Notes under the pieces: model-generated
Seen by the model: only the letters and a program-made list of their open reading frames with translations
Database searches by the model: none
What the model was told of the DNA's origin: nothing
Shown here: in pieces, positions 14,790 to 26,806 of the stretch
Layout of the letters: every line of letters begins with the position of its first letter
Position numbering within the stretch: the stretch's first letter is position 1
Program-made: the position numbers and the translations under genes
Assembly: GCF_006345805.1 (NCBI RefSeq)
Contig: NC_042997.1
Location: forward strand, 82,460,001-82,524,000
Direction of reading: 5' to 3'
DNA length: 64,000 bases
DNA from: Octopus sinensis
Taxonomy: Eukaryota

Positions 14790-16146
14790 TTTCCATGTTT
14801 TTGTTTTTTTATGTTCTCGTTTTTCATTTTGTTCATGTTTTTTTGACATCCTGTACCTATATATGCATGTATATATTCATATATATGTAGGTATGTACAT
14901 ATATTTGTATATGCATATATATTTGTTTTTGTACATGTATTTTAATTTTGCAGTCTTATTGTTACGTCTTGTTTGTGTTCGTACTCATTGTGCCCCGCTG
15001 CTTGAAATTTTATTTTAATTCTCTCGCAGGAAGGCCTATTGGATTAGTGTTCTGTTATGCCTTCGAAACATGCCTGACTCCTCTAGCGACAGCTGATGAC
15101 GGGGGTTTTGTCCTTGTGTAACCTGTCCTGTATTTGGTTTTCGTTTTCCGTTTTCTTGTTTTTTGTTTTTTGGCTTTTTCTGTTTCTACGTCTTATTGTG
15201 ATGTCCTGTACTTCCGTATAATTATTTATATATGCATGTATATATACATGTAGATGTAGGTACGTACATATATGTTTGTATGTATGCATATATTTTTATT
15301 TATCTCCTTATTGTCTGACAGCGCCCCGCATCAGGTTCGTTCCGATTCGTCGTTTCGATCCACTTCTTGGTCCCCTTTTTTTATATTAATATTATTATAT
15401 TGAAGATGCGGTACTCTCTCCCTTTGCTTTAACCTCTTCAATCTTTCTCCCTCCCCCTCCTCCTCTCTCTTCGCCGCGTGTCCCCCTCCTCCTTCCCTCT
15501 TCCTTGCCTATAAAACAAAATTCCTTTACACGTGGTTACCACTATTGAAAAGACTGCCTCCACGCGCTGCTACTACACTTTCGTCCTTGCCAGCAAAAAG
15601 GCTTCTTCGTTCGTCCCCTTGTGTGGTTAATTTCCTGTATAGTATTCTTGTTATTTTCTCGTTTTGTAACTAATTGTACTTTTTGTACATGTATTTTTAT
15701 TTTTGCAGTTTTATTGTTTGTCTATGCCAGAAAAAAGCTTTTTCGTTCGTCCTCTTGTGTTTGTTTTTGTACATGTATTTTAATTTTGCAGTCTTATTGT
15801 TACGTCTTGTTTGTGTTCGTACTCATTGTGCCCCGCTGCTTGAAATTTTATTTTAATTCTCTCGCAGGAAGGCCTATTGGATTAGTGTTCTGTTATGCCT
15901 TCGAAACATGCCTGACTCCTCTAGCGACAGCTGATGACGGGGGTTTTGTCCTTGTGTAACCTGTCCTGTATTTGGTTTTCGTTTTCCGTTTTCTTGTTTT
16001 TTTTTGTTTTTTAGCTTTTTCTGTTTCTACGTCTTATTGTGATGTCCTGTACTTCCGTATAATTATTTATATATGCATGTATATATACATGTAGATGTAG
16101 GTACGTACATATATGTTTGTATGTATGCATATATTTTTATTTATCT

Positions 16147-16181
<35 letters not shown>

Positions 16182-16830
16182 TATATTATTATATGATTGA
16201 ATGCCACACATCCATTTCCAAGTAAGTTTTATCTTAATAATTCTGATGCACACTCTACAACTATCTCTATTCTCCCTCTCTTCTTTCTTTCTGTTTTTCT
16301 TCTCCTCCTCCTTCACTGTTCTCTTTCTCTCCCTCACTCTTCCTGCTTGACTCTCTCGTTGCTCATACGTGACCAACGGCTATCTTTTTTCCAAGAGACA
16401 AGACACTTTTGCCTGTCTCCTGTCAAAGTTCGTTTCCCTAGCGTTCACCACTTCACCTAGTTATGGCTCAACAGCCCTTACCGTTTGATTTTACTGTTTT
16501 GTTCTTACTGTCCTGTTTTTGTTACCACTTTAACTCTCCGCAAATCTCAAAATTTATTCAATTTGCTTTTTGGGAATGACTGTTTTAATGAAGTCGCATC
16601 TTGTACCAACATTCAAAACAGGGAGTAGATAAAACAGGGAACAACTAATGAAGGGATTGTTCTTTATGTTGCCTGTCTCCTTTCTCTATTTGTTTCTTTT
16701 GTTGTTCGAAAAAAGTTTGTTTTCCTTGTTTTTGTTTTTTTATGTTCTCGTTTTTCATTTTGTTCATGTTTTTTTGACGCCCTGTACCCATATATGCATG
16801 TATATATACATATATATGTAGGCAAGTACA
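14790..16830 (+). repeat. Non-coding element with long internal direct repeats (possibly PLE-associated)
   Basis: ~390-bp near-identical repeat at 14921-15310 and 15760-16150. A shared TTTTGTTC..GAC(A/G)TCCTGTAC..ATATATGCATG end module occurs at ~14800, 15190, 16030 and 16740. Confidence 0.6.
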
Positions 16831-16841
16831 TGTATGTATGC

Positions 16842-16844
<3 letters not shown>

Positions 16845-16900
<56 letters not shown>

Positions 16901-16976
16901 TAGATAGATAGATGGACAGATAGATAGATAGATAGAGATAGATAGATAGATAGATGGACAGATAGATAGATAGAGA

Positions 16977-17026
<50 letters not shown>

Positions 17027-17104
17027 TAGATAGATAGATGGACAGATAGATAGATAGAGATAGATAGATAGATAGATGGACAGATAGATAGATAGAGAGA
17101 GAGT

Positions 17105-17152
<48 letters not shown>
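16845..17152. repeat. Compound (TA)n/(GA)n/(GATA)n microsatellite
   Basis: Direct reading. Confidence 0.95.
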
Positions 17153-17345
17153 CTATAGATATCATCATCAATACCATCATAATCCTCATTTTAATGCCTA
17201 ATTTTCCATGCTTGGCATGCAGTGAGATGAATGAAAGAATATATACGTACATACATACTTACCTACCTACCTACGTACATATATATGTACGTATGTATGT
17301 ACATACGTACATACATACAAACATATATATATATATATATATATA

Positions 17346-17560
17346 TCACCATCATTTAACATCCTTGTTCTATGCTGCTGATGAGTCAGACAATTTGAGA
17401 GGATCCAATGGACCTAAAGACAGCATCATGCTCCAATGTTTGCTATGGCAGGTTTTCTACAGTTGGATGCCCTTTCTAATGCCAACTACTTTACAGCATG
17501 TACTGGGTGCTTTTTTCCAGTCACACCACTAGTGAGGCCACCATGCAGTTTGGAAGACTA
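17346..17560 (-). mobile_element. Old RTE 3'UTR-related fragment
   Basis: Diverged CATCATTTAACATCC...CTACAGTTGGATGCCCTTTCTAATGCCAAC. Confidence 0.6.
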
Positions 17561-18060
17561 TGAACTCTAAGAGAGTAACTTTATGCTAGGAGATGAGGAG
17601 CAAAAGATGGTAAAAACATGAGAAAAAGAACCCACAGCAAAACAGGTTTTGTTGCTGTAGAGTAGCTACATGACTATTCATATTTAAGAAGAGAAGGCAT
17701 GAGTGATCGAGTGAAGATGAAGAGTGATGATCATTACTATCATTGATGAATAGGAGGGAGTAGAAGATGACTGGTGTCTCTGAGTAGCAGAATAGCAAAG
17801 ATTAAACATTAAACAAGAGAAGGGTGAGAAAGGGGTGATGTTAAATAGGTTGCAAGAGTAGAGATGGGGGGAAGAGTGAAGCAGGCATAGTGCATGAGGA
17901 GGGGGAAAACATGTTGTGTGTGAGGGGAGAAGAGTTAAGACAGGGTGGGGATGATTAATGAAAGTTTGGGTAGAGAGAACAGTACTACTACATATACAAT
18001 TATTTTTAGTGAGCTATTATCATAATAATGGCTTTCCACTTATCTCCATATTTTTGTTCT

Positions 18061-18210
18061 AGGTGCAGGCATGGCTGTGTGGCAAGAAGCTTGCTTCCCA
18101 ACCACATGGCTCTGGGTTCAGTCTCTCTGCATGGGTAAGTGTCTTCAACTATAGCCTCAGACTGACCAAAGCCTTGTGAGTGGATTTGGTAGACAGAAAC
18201 TGAAAGAAGC
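18061..18210 (+). mobile_element. tRNA-head SINE fragment (further copies at ~18675-18826 -, ~36805-36925 +, ~57583-57725 -)
   Basis: GGCATGGCTGTGTGG..AAG (A-box-like) and GGGTTCAGTC (B-box-like), followed by GCCTTGTGAGTGGATTTGGTAGAC shared among the copies. Confidence 0.7.
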
Positions 18211-18474
18211 TATTTTGCATTTTTATGCTTTTCTGTCTCTTTTTTAATCACCACTAATCTAATATGGAAGAATTAAGTGTCACTTAATCAAAACAATATT
18301 GTGAAAGACATAGAATATTTTACATTTGTAAAGTAAAAACGTTTTGGCAACAATAACATATTTTTACAGCTGCTTGTTGAAAATTGCATATTTTATCTGA
18401 GAGCAGCCACATAACACTTTTAATTCTTGGCATAACATCAAACTTGTATTTTAAGTTGCATAATAATTACTTAT

Positions 18475-18826
18475 CTTTTATTTGTTTTGGTCATTAGACT
18501 GAGGCCATGCTAGCATACTGCCTTGAAGGGTTTCGTTAAACAAATCAACCTCAGTATCTTTTTTTAAAGTCTGATACTAATTCTATTGGTTTCCTTTTTA
18601 CTGAACCACTAAGTTATAGGGACATACACTGGTTGTTAAGTGGAGGTGGGTGACACACCCAAACACACACAGACATAGCTTTTTTCAGTTTTTGTCTACT
18701 AAATCCATTCACAAGGCTTTGGTTAGTCAGGGCTATAGTAATAGATATTTGCCCAAGGTGCCATGCAGTGGGGCTGAACTCAGAACCATGAGATTGGGAA
18801 GTCAACTTCTACTACACAGCCATTCC
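18475..18826 (-). mobile_element. SINE fragments
   Basis: Reverse complement of the 18061 SINE head at 18675-18826, plus adjoining repeat-like sequence. Confidence 0.55.
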
Positions 18827-19189
18827 TAGACAAATTTTACTGAAGTTCCTTCCTCAGCCTATTAGCTTTCTTGTAGCTGATCTATAAAAGCAGTTATGAA
18901 GCAAATCAATACAGTTCAGTGTCAAACTGAAACAATGCCAACAGTAAGCATTACATGAAAACAGGAAATCGCATACTACTGCAACAATTTATAAAATTAC
19001 TTTTACTTAAAGAATTTTGAAATAAACATAAGTTGAATTGAAATATTTTTTATTCTACTTTGATAGGAAAATCTGCATCACAATTGCAGCGAAAGAATTC
19101 ATTAAGATAGGGGTGGGGAAGGGGAAACCCATTGAATTTTTAGACAGAACAATCCTGGAACTGGTTAAATCCCATCACTACGGACCTTA

Positions 19190-20029
19190 TCTCTCTATAT
19201 ATAAATGGCAGTTTGTCTGTCTGTGTGTCTGTGTGTCTGTCAGGTTGTACTCTCACCCTGACCACGGCTTTCAACCGATTCTGATGAAACTTGACACACA
19301 CATAGCCCAATGTCATAATTCAAAAGTAACGCGGCGAAAATTTTGAAAAGTTCCCCCAGTTCTGAAAAAAATTGATAAATTCGACATGGGGTCGAGAATC
19401 TAAGCTTCTTATATGCAACACATTTTCTGTTGTAGTTTTCGCAACTTGCAATCGATTTTCACCAAACTCATGGTGAAGCTTAATGTTACCCTATGAAACT
19501 TAATTCTGACGTTAGTTTTCCATGCAATACCTTACCATCAGAAAAAAAATCGATAAAAATCATGCCATTTTGGGAAATCGCGTTCAAATTCAAGATGACA
19601 TATTTTCGACAATATCTTTAACAAATTGGCAGGAATTTTTTTTTAATTCACAGCGAGCATCGTGTCTGCTCCAAGGAGCTATATGGCCCCTTTTATTCCA
19701 ATAGGATACTTTATTACTGGAAAAAATCGGTTAATTAAATCATATGTGGCACACATAGCAAACCGATTTGTGTATTAAACACAAACCACAGACTGTCTAG
19801 GGGGCGCAACTCGACCTTTTAACTCTCTTGGGAGGCGCAATGATGTTTTCATGTTTTCGCCTAAAGGGACAGCTAGGAACATCGTATACACAGAAGTATT
19901 CGAGTGAAGAGAAGACATTGCAACCTACACATGCGCCTTCGTTCCCTAGGGGAAAAGGACTAGATTGGGATTAGTCGTTGCCTACTAGGGGCTCTTACAT
20001 ACCCAGGCAATGCCGGGCTATGCTGCTAG
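19190..20029 (+). mobile_element. Non-autonomous Helitron, ~840 bp
   Basis: A|TC 5' end (TCTCTCTATATATAAATGGC..(GTCT)n), subterminal hairpin CCCAGGC-AAT-GCCGGG, and 3' CTAG|T. A near-identical copy lies at 32570-33397. Confidence 0.85.
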
Positions 20030-20063
20030 TACACAGATATATATGCAAACTTATATATTTAAA

Positions 20064-20102
<39 letters not shown>

Positions 20103-20262
20103 CTCTATCTATCTATCTGTTATCTCTCTCTCTATATATATATATGTATGTGTGCATGTGTGTGTGTGTGTGTGTGTGTGGAGAGAGAGAGAGTTTTTGA
20201 AGTGATGTATAGATATTGTATATTGAGAACAGCAAGGTAGTCAAAATGTTATATCATTGTAA

Positions 20263-20652
20263 TCATCATCATCATCGTTAAACGTCTGTTTTCCATGCTA
20301 GCATGGGGTGGACGGTTTGACCGGGGATTGGGAAGCCAGAAGGCTGCACCAGGCTCCAGTCTGATCTGGCAGTGTTTCTACAGCTGGATGCCCTTCCTAA
20401 CGCCAACCACTCCATGAGTGTAGTGGGTGCCTTTTATGTGCCAGGAGAGACTGGCAGTGGCCACGTTCAGATGGTGCTTTTTATGTGCCACGGTGCCACC
20501 GGCACAGGTATCACAACTACAATTTCCATTTGATATTTATTTTGATGTTGATGTTGATGTACTTGACTCAATAGGTCTCCTCAAGCACAGCAGGTCACCC
20601 TACGATCCAAGGAAAGCACAGCATTCTGCAATCCAAGGTACTTTGGATGGGC
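20263..20652 (-). mobile_element. RTE LINE 3'UTR fragment
   Basis: (CAT)n tail and 3'UTR core. Confidence 0.85.
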
Positions 20653-21321
20653 TATATTTTTATTTACATTTTTAGCGCTTTCTTCTGTTATTTTTGTAAG
20701 TTTGTTTTGCCTTTTTGCATAAAACTGAAACTGATGATGTTTTAGAAAGGGGGAGAGATAAAAGGAGAGAGAGAGAGAGGGTGGAGAGAGAGGAACAAAT
20801 TAGAAAGAAAGGTGCAGGGGTGAGAGAGAAGGAGAGAGTGGGAGATAGTAAAGATAAGGAGAACAGAAAGTAGGAGTGTTTTGGGGTTTTGTGAAGGAAG
20901 AGAAAAGAAAGAAGAAAAAGTTTGAGAGTCAGGAGATAAAGGAGGCATGGTCAGACTTGCTTGATTAGGATTCAATATTTGTTTGTTTTTTTTTTTTCTT
21001 TTAATGACCTTTTGTATTCAAGTAGTCAAAGTTTTTAATTGGAAAACCAGATGTTTTTGATTTTCACCAGTAAGAATTATAATTACATTTCAAGGTCTTG
21101 ATTTTTTAATTCTTTTGTATTCATTAATGTAATGGGGAGAGAATGGTCAATTGGCTGTGGTCAGAGTTTTTTTTTATTAAAATTCCAGATGTTAGCTTTG
21201 ATTTAGCCATGTAAGGCTATATTTTGAAAGAGTAATTTTTAAGTAAGTATAGGTATGATTTTAAATACAATTTGAAAAAAGCTTAAGTATGGGAAAGTGT
21301 TTGTCAATTATATATATACAT

Positions 21322-22057
21322 GTAACTGCTAGAGTAAGGATAGCCTGGGCAAAGTTCAGAGAGCTCCTACCACTGCTGGTGACAAAGAGCCTCTTGTTCA
21401 GAGTAAAAGGTAGACTGTATGACACATGTGTGCAAACAACCATACTACATGGCAGTGAAACATGGGCCGTGACTGCTTAGAACATGCATAAGCCTGCAAG
21501 GAATCAAGCCTGTATGCTCCGCTGGATGTGTAATGTCAGTGTGCATAAACAACAGAGTGTAAGTGCCCTGAGAGAAAAGTTGAATTTAAGAAGCATCATA
21601 TATGGTGTGCAAGGGAGATGACTGTGCAGGTATGGCCATGTGTTGTGAATGGATGAGGACAGCTATGTAAAAAAGTGTCACACCCTAGCAGTTGAGGGAG
21701 CTTGTAGAAGAGGTAGACCCAGGAAGACCTGGGATGAGGTGGTGAAGCATGGCCTTCAAACATTGGGTCTCTCTGAGGCAATGACAAGTGACCGAGATCT
21801 TTGGAGATATGCTGTGCTTAAGAAGACCTGGCAAGCCAAGTCAGACCATAACCATGGCCTATGCCAATGCTGCCTCACTAGCCCTCATGCCAGTGGCATG
21901 TAAAAGTACCCACTACACTCTCGGAGTGGTTGGCATTAGGAAGAGGATCCAGCTGTAGAAACTTTGCCAGATCAGACTCAAGGCTGGTGGCGCCTTCTGG
22001 TTCGCCAACCTTCAGTCAATCCGTCCAACCAATGTCAGCATGGAAAGCAGACATTAA

Positions 22058-22089
<32 letters not shown>
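21322..22089 (+). mobile_element. RTE LINE 3' fragment
   Basis: ARVRIAWAKFRELLPLL...HGSETW...GRPRKTWDEVVK...DRDLWR, then the UTR and (GAT)n tail. Confidence 0.9.
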
Positions 22090-22113
22090 AATGTGTGTGT
22101 GTGTGTATATATA

Positions 22114-22149
<36 letters not shown>

Positions 22150-22167
22150 ATATATAATATATATATA

Positions 22168-22910
22168 TGAAAATAATTTTTGGAAATAATTTTTGAAAAA
22201 ACTTTTTAAAAAATCTATGAATAACTCTTGCAAGGGGAAATTACTCCCATTAGGCGATTGGTCGGTTTTTTTTGGAAGCAAACGCTGGAATTATATATAC
22301 CCTTATGTTTCTTTGACGATGTTAATCTTTAGACAAGCAGGCCTAGACGAACACACGAAAACAGAAAATTTTTTCAGCCGCCTGACAGGTTTTTTCAGCA
22401 GTGCTCATTATCTAGCGCCCCTTGCCAACATACGGCCGCGCACACATAGGCTAGTATACACATACATGCTTTTAGGTAGGTTTTGTCTCGCCCCTAAAAT
22501 ACACCCTGTATTCTTAAAATATTCAGAACATTAGTTTTGGTCACACACAACATCTCCACACCCCTTGTTCTTATTAATTCCTCACCTACTAGATTTGACC
22601 GCAGCCTGACCTGTAATTATTCCAACGGACCTTTTGTCGGCCCCCACCAACCCCCCGATTTCAACATACATTGATAAACAGTTTAACCATGGGCTCTTAA
22701 GGAGCGGCCTCGTTCGAATTGCTTTGCTGCGCCTTTGTTTTGTTTTGCTCTGTCAACGTAATTCCTGCTTTTTCCTGAAGAGAAAGCTGCAATATGGTAT
22801 CCTTATTTAATCAGAATTTGGAAAATTGTGGCCTTTGAAACATGTGTAGAATGTAATAAAAGGAATTCTGTACAATCTTCGTTCAACTCCATTTCTTCCA
22901 TTCACTAATT
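22168..22910 (+). mobile_element. PLE-type terminal (pseudo-LTR-like) fragment in (TA)n
   Basis: Bounded by (TA)n. Carries an HHR followed immediately by AATAAA. Confidence 0.55.
22772..22851 (+). ncRNA. Type I hammerhead ribozyme motif
   Basis: TTC-CTGAAGA-GAAAGCTGCAAT...ATTGTGGCCTTT-GAAAC-ATGT-GTA-GAA. All core nucleotides are present, with stem I TTC/GAA and a 12-position stem II. Confidence 0.7.
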
Positions 22911-22938
22911 ATATATATGTAATATATATATATAATGA

Positions 22939-22993
22939 GTCCAACCCATGCTAGCATGGAAAGTGGACGTTAAACGATGATGATGATGATGAT
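22939..22993 (+). mobile_element. Severely 5'-truncated RTE LINE tail
   Basis: GTCCAACCCATGCTAGCATGGAAAGTGGACGTTAAAC(GAT)n. Confidence 0.8.
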
Positions 22994-23001
22994 ATATATA
23001 T

Positions 23002-23044
<43 letters not shown>

Positions 23045-23047
23045 TAT

Positions 23048-23137
<90 letters not shown>

Positions 23138-23158
23138 ATATATATAATATATATATAT

Positions 23159-23191
<33 letters not shown>

Positions 23192-23287
23192 ATATATATA
23201 TATATATATTATATATATATATATATATATAAATATATATATAAATTATATATATATATATATCTATATATATATATTATATATATA

Positions 23288-23318
<31 letters not shown>
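22994..23318. repeat. (TA)n tract
   Basis: Direct reading. Confidence 0.95.
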
Positions 23319-23319
<1 letters not shown>

Positions 23320-23869
23320 GTTATATTGCTCTAATTTAATTATATGTTCTGACTAAGTATCGAACTAAGTTTAGTGACTGCTTTATTTCATGCATTCACC
23401 TTGTGTCCTTTTAAAGTGAACTTTTGACTGCCTTCTAATTTGCATACAGGTTTGTTTTGTAAGTGGCATGATACTTTTTGCACATGGGTCTTTAGGTTCT
23501 GCTTTTTTTTAATCAGCATGCATTTTTGAGTATATATTACATTGTAGTGATTCACATATTCACTCCATTATTTGCTTGCATTCGAGTAATGTAATCCAAG
23601 TTAATAAATCTGTATTAAAACATAACAATATATATATATAATAGAAATATTAAAATTACTAAGTCTCTCTAAAAGAGAACAACGGCAGCGTTCCCGGAAA
23701 ATAATAGTTATCGCCATACTAATATGGCATTCTTATAAAAATAAGAATAAAGCTGTCCGCTTATTAGCTCCATGAGGCCATCGCCTTAAGTTAGCTATTT
23801 GATACACAAACTGTATCCATATAACCTTCAAAAAAGGGAGGTCAGTCGCTCCACACTACTTGACCGGCA

Positions 23870-23911
23870 GCTACAGACGCGTTTCGGGGTATTGCCCCTT
23901 TTCAATGTAGC
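23870..23911 (-). ncRNA. Minimal hammerhead ribozyme, U3-A8 core variant
   Basis: Minus strand reads GCTACA-TTGAAAA-GGGG-CAATA-CCCC-GAAAC-GC-GTC-TGTAGC. Confidence 0.8.
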
Positions 23912-24505
23912 GTAGCCAGACCAGTAGGTGTCGCTTCTGACAATCTCTGTTCGAAGGTTTTATTTACCTAGCATCGGTGGAATACATCCACTTGTTTTCA
24001 ATAATAGAAATATTAAAATTACTAAGTCTCTCTAAAAGAGGACAACGGCAGCGTTCCCGGAAAATAATAGTTATCGCCATACTAATATGGCATTCTTATA
24101 AAAATAAGAATAAAGCTGTCCGCTTATTAGCTCCATGAGGCCATCGCCTTAAGTTAGCTATTTGATACTCAAACTGTATCCATATAACCTTCAAACAAGG
24201 GAGGTCAGTCGCTCCACACTACTTGACCGGCAGCTACAGACGCGTTTAAAGTGACATAACTTTAGAACAGCTATCGGAATTCCATAATAATTAATGTTCC
24301 AAACCCCAACTTCAGAATTATATATTATTTTCAAATTAATTGAAACAAAGATCCTGCATTTGAAGTTAAGTTACGTTAAGTTAAGAGAGACTTAGTAATT
24401 TTAATATTTCTATTATTGAAAACAAGTGGATGTATTCCACCGAAGCTAGGTAAATAAAACCTTCGAACAGAGATTGTCAGAAGCGACACCTACTGGTCTG
24501 GCTAC

Positions 24506-24547
24506 GCTACATTGAAAAGGGGCAATACCCCGAAACGCGTCTGTAGC
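24506..24547 (+). ncRNA. Minimal hammerhead ribozyme, U3-A8 core variant
   Basis: GCTACA-TTGAAAA-GGGG-CAATA-CCCC-GAAAC-GC-GTC-TGTAGC, with perfect stems I and II and palindromic ACGCGT stem III. Confidence 0.8.
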
Positions 24548-24710
24548 TGCCGGTCAAGTAGTGTGGAGCGACTGACCTCCCTTGTTTGAAGGTTATATGG
24601 ATACAGTTTGTGTATCAATACATAACTTCAGGCGATGGCCTCATGGAGCTAATAAGCGGACAGCTTTATTCTTATTTTTATAAGAATGCCATATTAGTAT
24701 GGCGATAACT

Positions 24711-24751
<41 letters not shown>

Positions 24752-24973
24752 ATCAATATAGGGAGGCAAAAAAATTTTGTAGAATTCTTTTGCCCCCAGC
24801 GGCCTAGTGGGAAAAAATTAAATAGTCATAAACCATTTTTAAGTTCAATATCACAATCAAGGAACGGCCATAATAGGCCATTCACCCCACTAAATAACAG
24901 CCAAAAAGCTTCAACCCGACAATAACATTAATTCCGTAAATCAGGAGAAAATTAAAAAACATTTACCCTGAAA

Positions 24974-25076
24974 TTCTTAGACGATGCACCGTTTCTTCTA
25001 CTGTTTAATGGTAAATTAACCTGATTAATTAAATCAAGCCAATCTACCATAGGCCCTTAGATTCATCAGTAAGGAA
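24974..25076 (-). ncRNA. Type I hammerhead ribozyme (array copy 1)
   Basis: Reverse complement of the 27291-27394 motif, with single-base deletions in stems I and II. Confidence 0.75.
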
Positions 25077-25459
25077 TAGCCAAATCGGAACAGATATTTT
25101 TCACGAGGCATTCTCGTCCATGCCTCGCCAATATCTGACCTAAAATTTTCAAATCGTCGCACTCGCGCCAAATTTATCGGCAGCAAATAATATAAGCCAC
25201 CGATTCCATTACGGAACCAACCAGAAAATTCATAATTAATCAATTAGGGAGGCAAAAAAATTTTGTAGAATTCTTTTGCCCCCAGCGGCCTAGTGGGAAA
25301 AAATTAAATAGTCATAAACCATTTTTAAGTTCAATATCACAATCAAGGAACGGCCATAATAGGCCATTCACCCACTAGAAATAACAGCCAAAAAGCTTCA
25401 ACCGCAAAATAACATTAATTCCGTAAATCAGGAGAAAATAAAAAACATTTACCCTGAAA

Positions 25460-25562
25460 TTCCTTAGACGATGCACCGTTTCTTCTACTGTTTAATGGTA
25501 ATTAACCTGATTAAATTAAATCAAGCCAATCTACCTAGGCCCTTAGATTCATCAGTAAGGAA
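25460..25562 (-). ncRNA. Type I hammerhead ribozyme (array copy 2)
   Basis: TTCCTTA-CTGATGA...GAAAC-GGTGCATC-GTC-TAAGGAA on the minus strand. Confidence 0.85.
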
Positions 25563-25944
25563 TAGCCAAATCGGAACAGATATTTTTCACGAGGCATTCT
25601 CGTCCATGCCTCGCCAATATCTGACCTAACATTTTCAAATCGTCGCACTCGCGCCAAATTATCGGCAGCAAATAATATAAGCCACCGATTCCATTACGGA
25701 ACCAACCAGAAAATTCATAATTAATCAATATAGGGAGGCAAAAAAATTTTGTAGAATTCTTTTGCCCCCAGCGGCCTAGTGGGAAAAAATAAATAGTCAT
25801 AAACCATTTTTAGTTCAATATCACAATCAAGGAACGGCCATAATAGGCCATTCACCCACTAGAAATAACAGCCAAAAAGCTTCAACCGCAAAATAACATT
25901 AATTCCGTAAATCAGGAGAAAATTAAAAAACATTTACCCTGAAA

Positions 25945-26047
25945 TTCCTTAGACGATGCACCGTTTCTTCTACTGTTTAATGGTAAATTAACTGATTAAA
26001 TTAAATCAAGCCAATCTACCATAGGCCTTAGATTCATCAGTAAGGAA
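25945..26047 (-). ncRNA. Type I hammerhead ribozyme (array copy 3)
   Basis: Same motif as copy 2. Confidence 0.85.
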
Positions 26048-26806
26048 TAGCCAAATCGGAACAGATATTTTTCACGAGGCATTCTCGTCCATGCCTCGCC
26101 AATATCTGACCTAAAATTTTCAAATCGTCGCACTCGCGCCAAATTTATCGGCAGCAAATAAATATAAGCACCGATCCATTACGGAACCAACCAGAAAATT
26201 CATAATTAATCAATATAGGGAGGCAAAAAAATTTTGTAGAATTCTTTTGCCCCCAGCGGCCTAGTGGGAAAAAATTAAATAGTCATAAACCATTTTTAAG
26301 TTCAATATCACAATCAAGGAACGGCCATAATAGGCCATTCACCCACTAGAAATAACAGCCAAAAAGCTCAACCGCAAAATAAACATAATTCCGTAAATCA
26401 GGAGAAAATTAAAAAACATTTACCTGAAATGTAAATGTTTTTTAATTTTCTCCTGATTTACGGAATTAATGTTATTTTGCGGTGAAGCTTTTTGGCTGTT
26501 ATTCTAGTGGGTGAATGGCCTATTATGGCCGTTCCTTGATTGTGATATTGAACTTAAAAATGGTTTATGACTATTTAATTTTTTCCCACTAGGCCGCTGG
26601 GGGCAAAAGAATTCTACAAAATTTTTTTGCCTCCCTATATTGTTAATTATGAATTTTCTGGTTGGTTCCGTAATGGAATCGGTGGCTTATATTTATTTGC
26701 TGCCGATAAATTTGGCGCGAGTGCGACGATTTGAAAATTTTAGGTCAGATATTGGCGAGGCATGGACGAGAATGCCTCGTGAAAAATATCTGTTCCGATT
26801 TGGCTA

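Larger units (their letters stand above)
23638..24715. mobile_element. 363-bp-unit HHR-bearing tandem/inverted repeat (retrozyme-like or non-autonomous PLE)
   Basis: The unit repeats at 23641 and 24004 (1.7 copies, to 24247). A ~135-bp spacer is followed by an inverted copy at 24384-24715. Flanked by TA runs. Confidence 0.8.

Noticed and set aside
25034-25243. Recurrent ~69-aa ORFs in the 487-bp array
   Set aside because: Frames and starts differ between copies, there is no recognisable domain, and they overlap the ribozyme. They are best explained as incidental.
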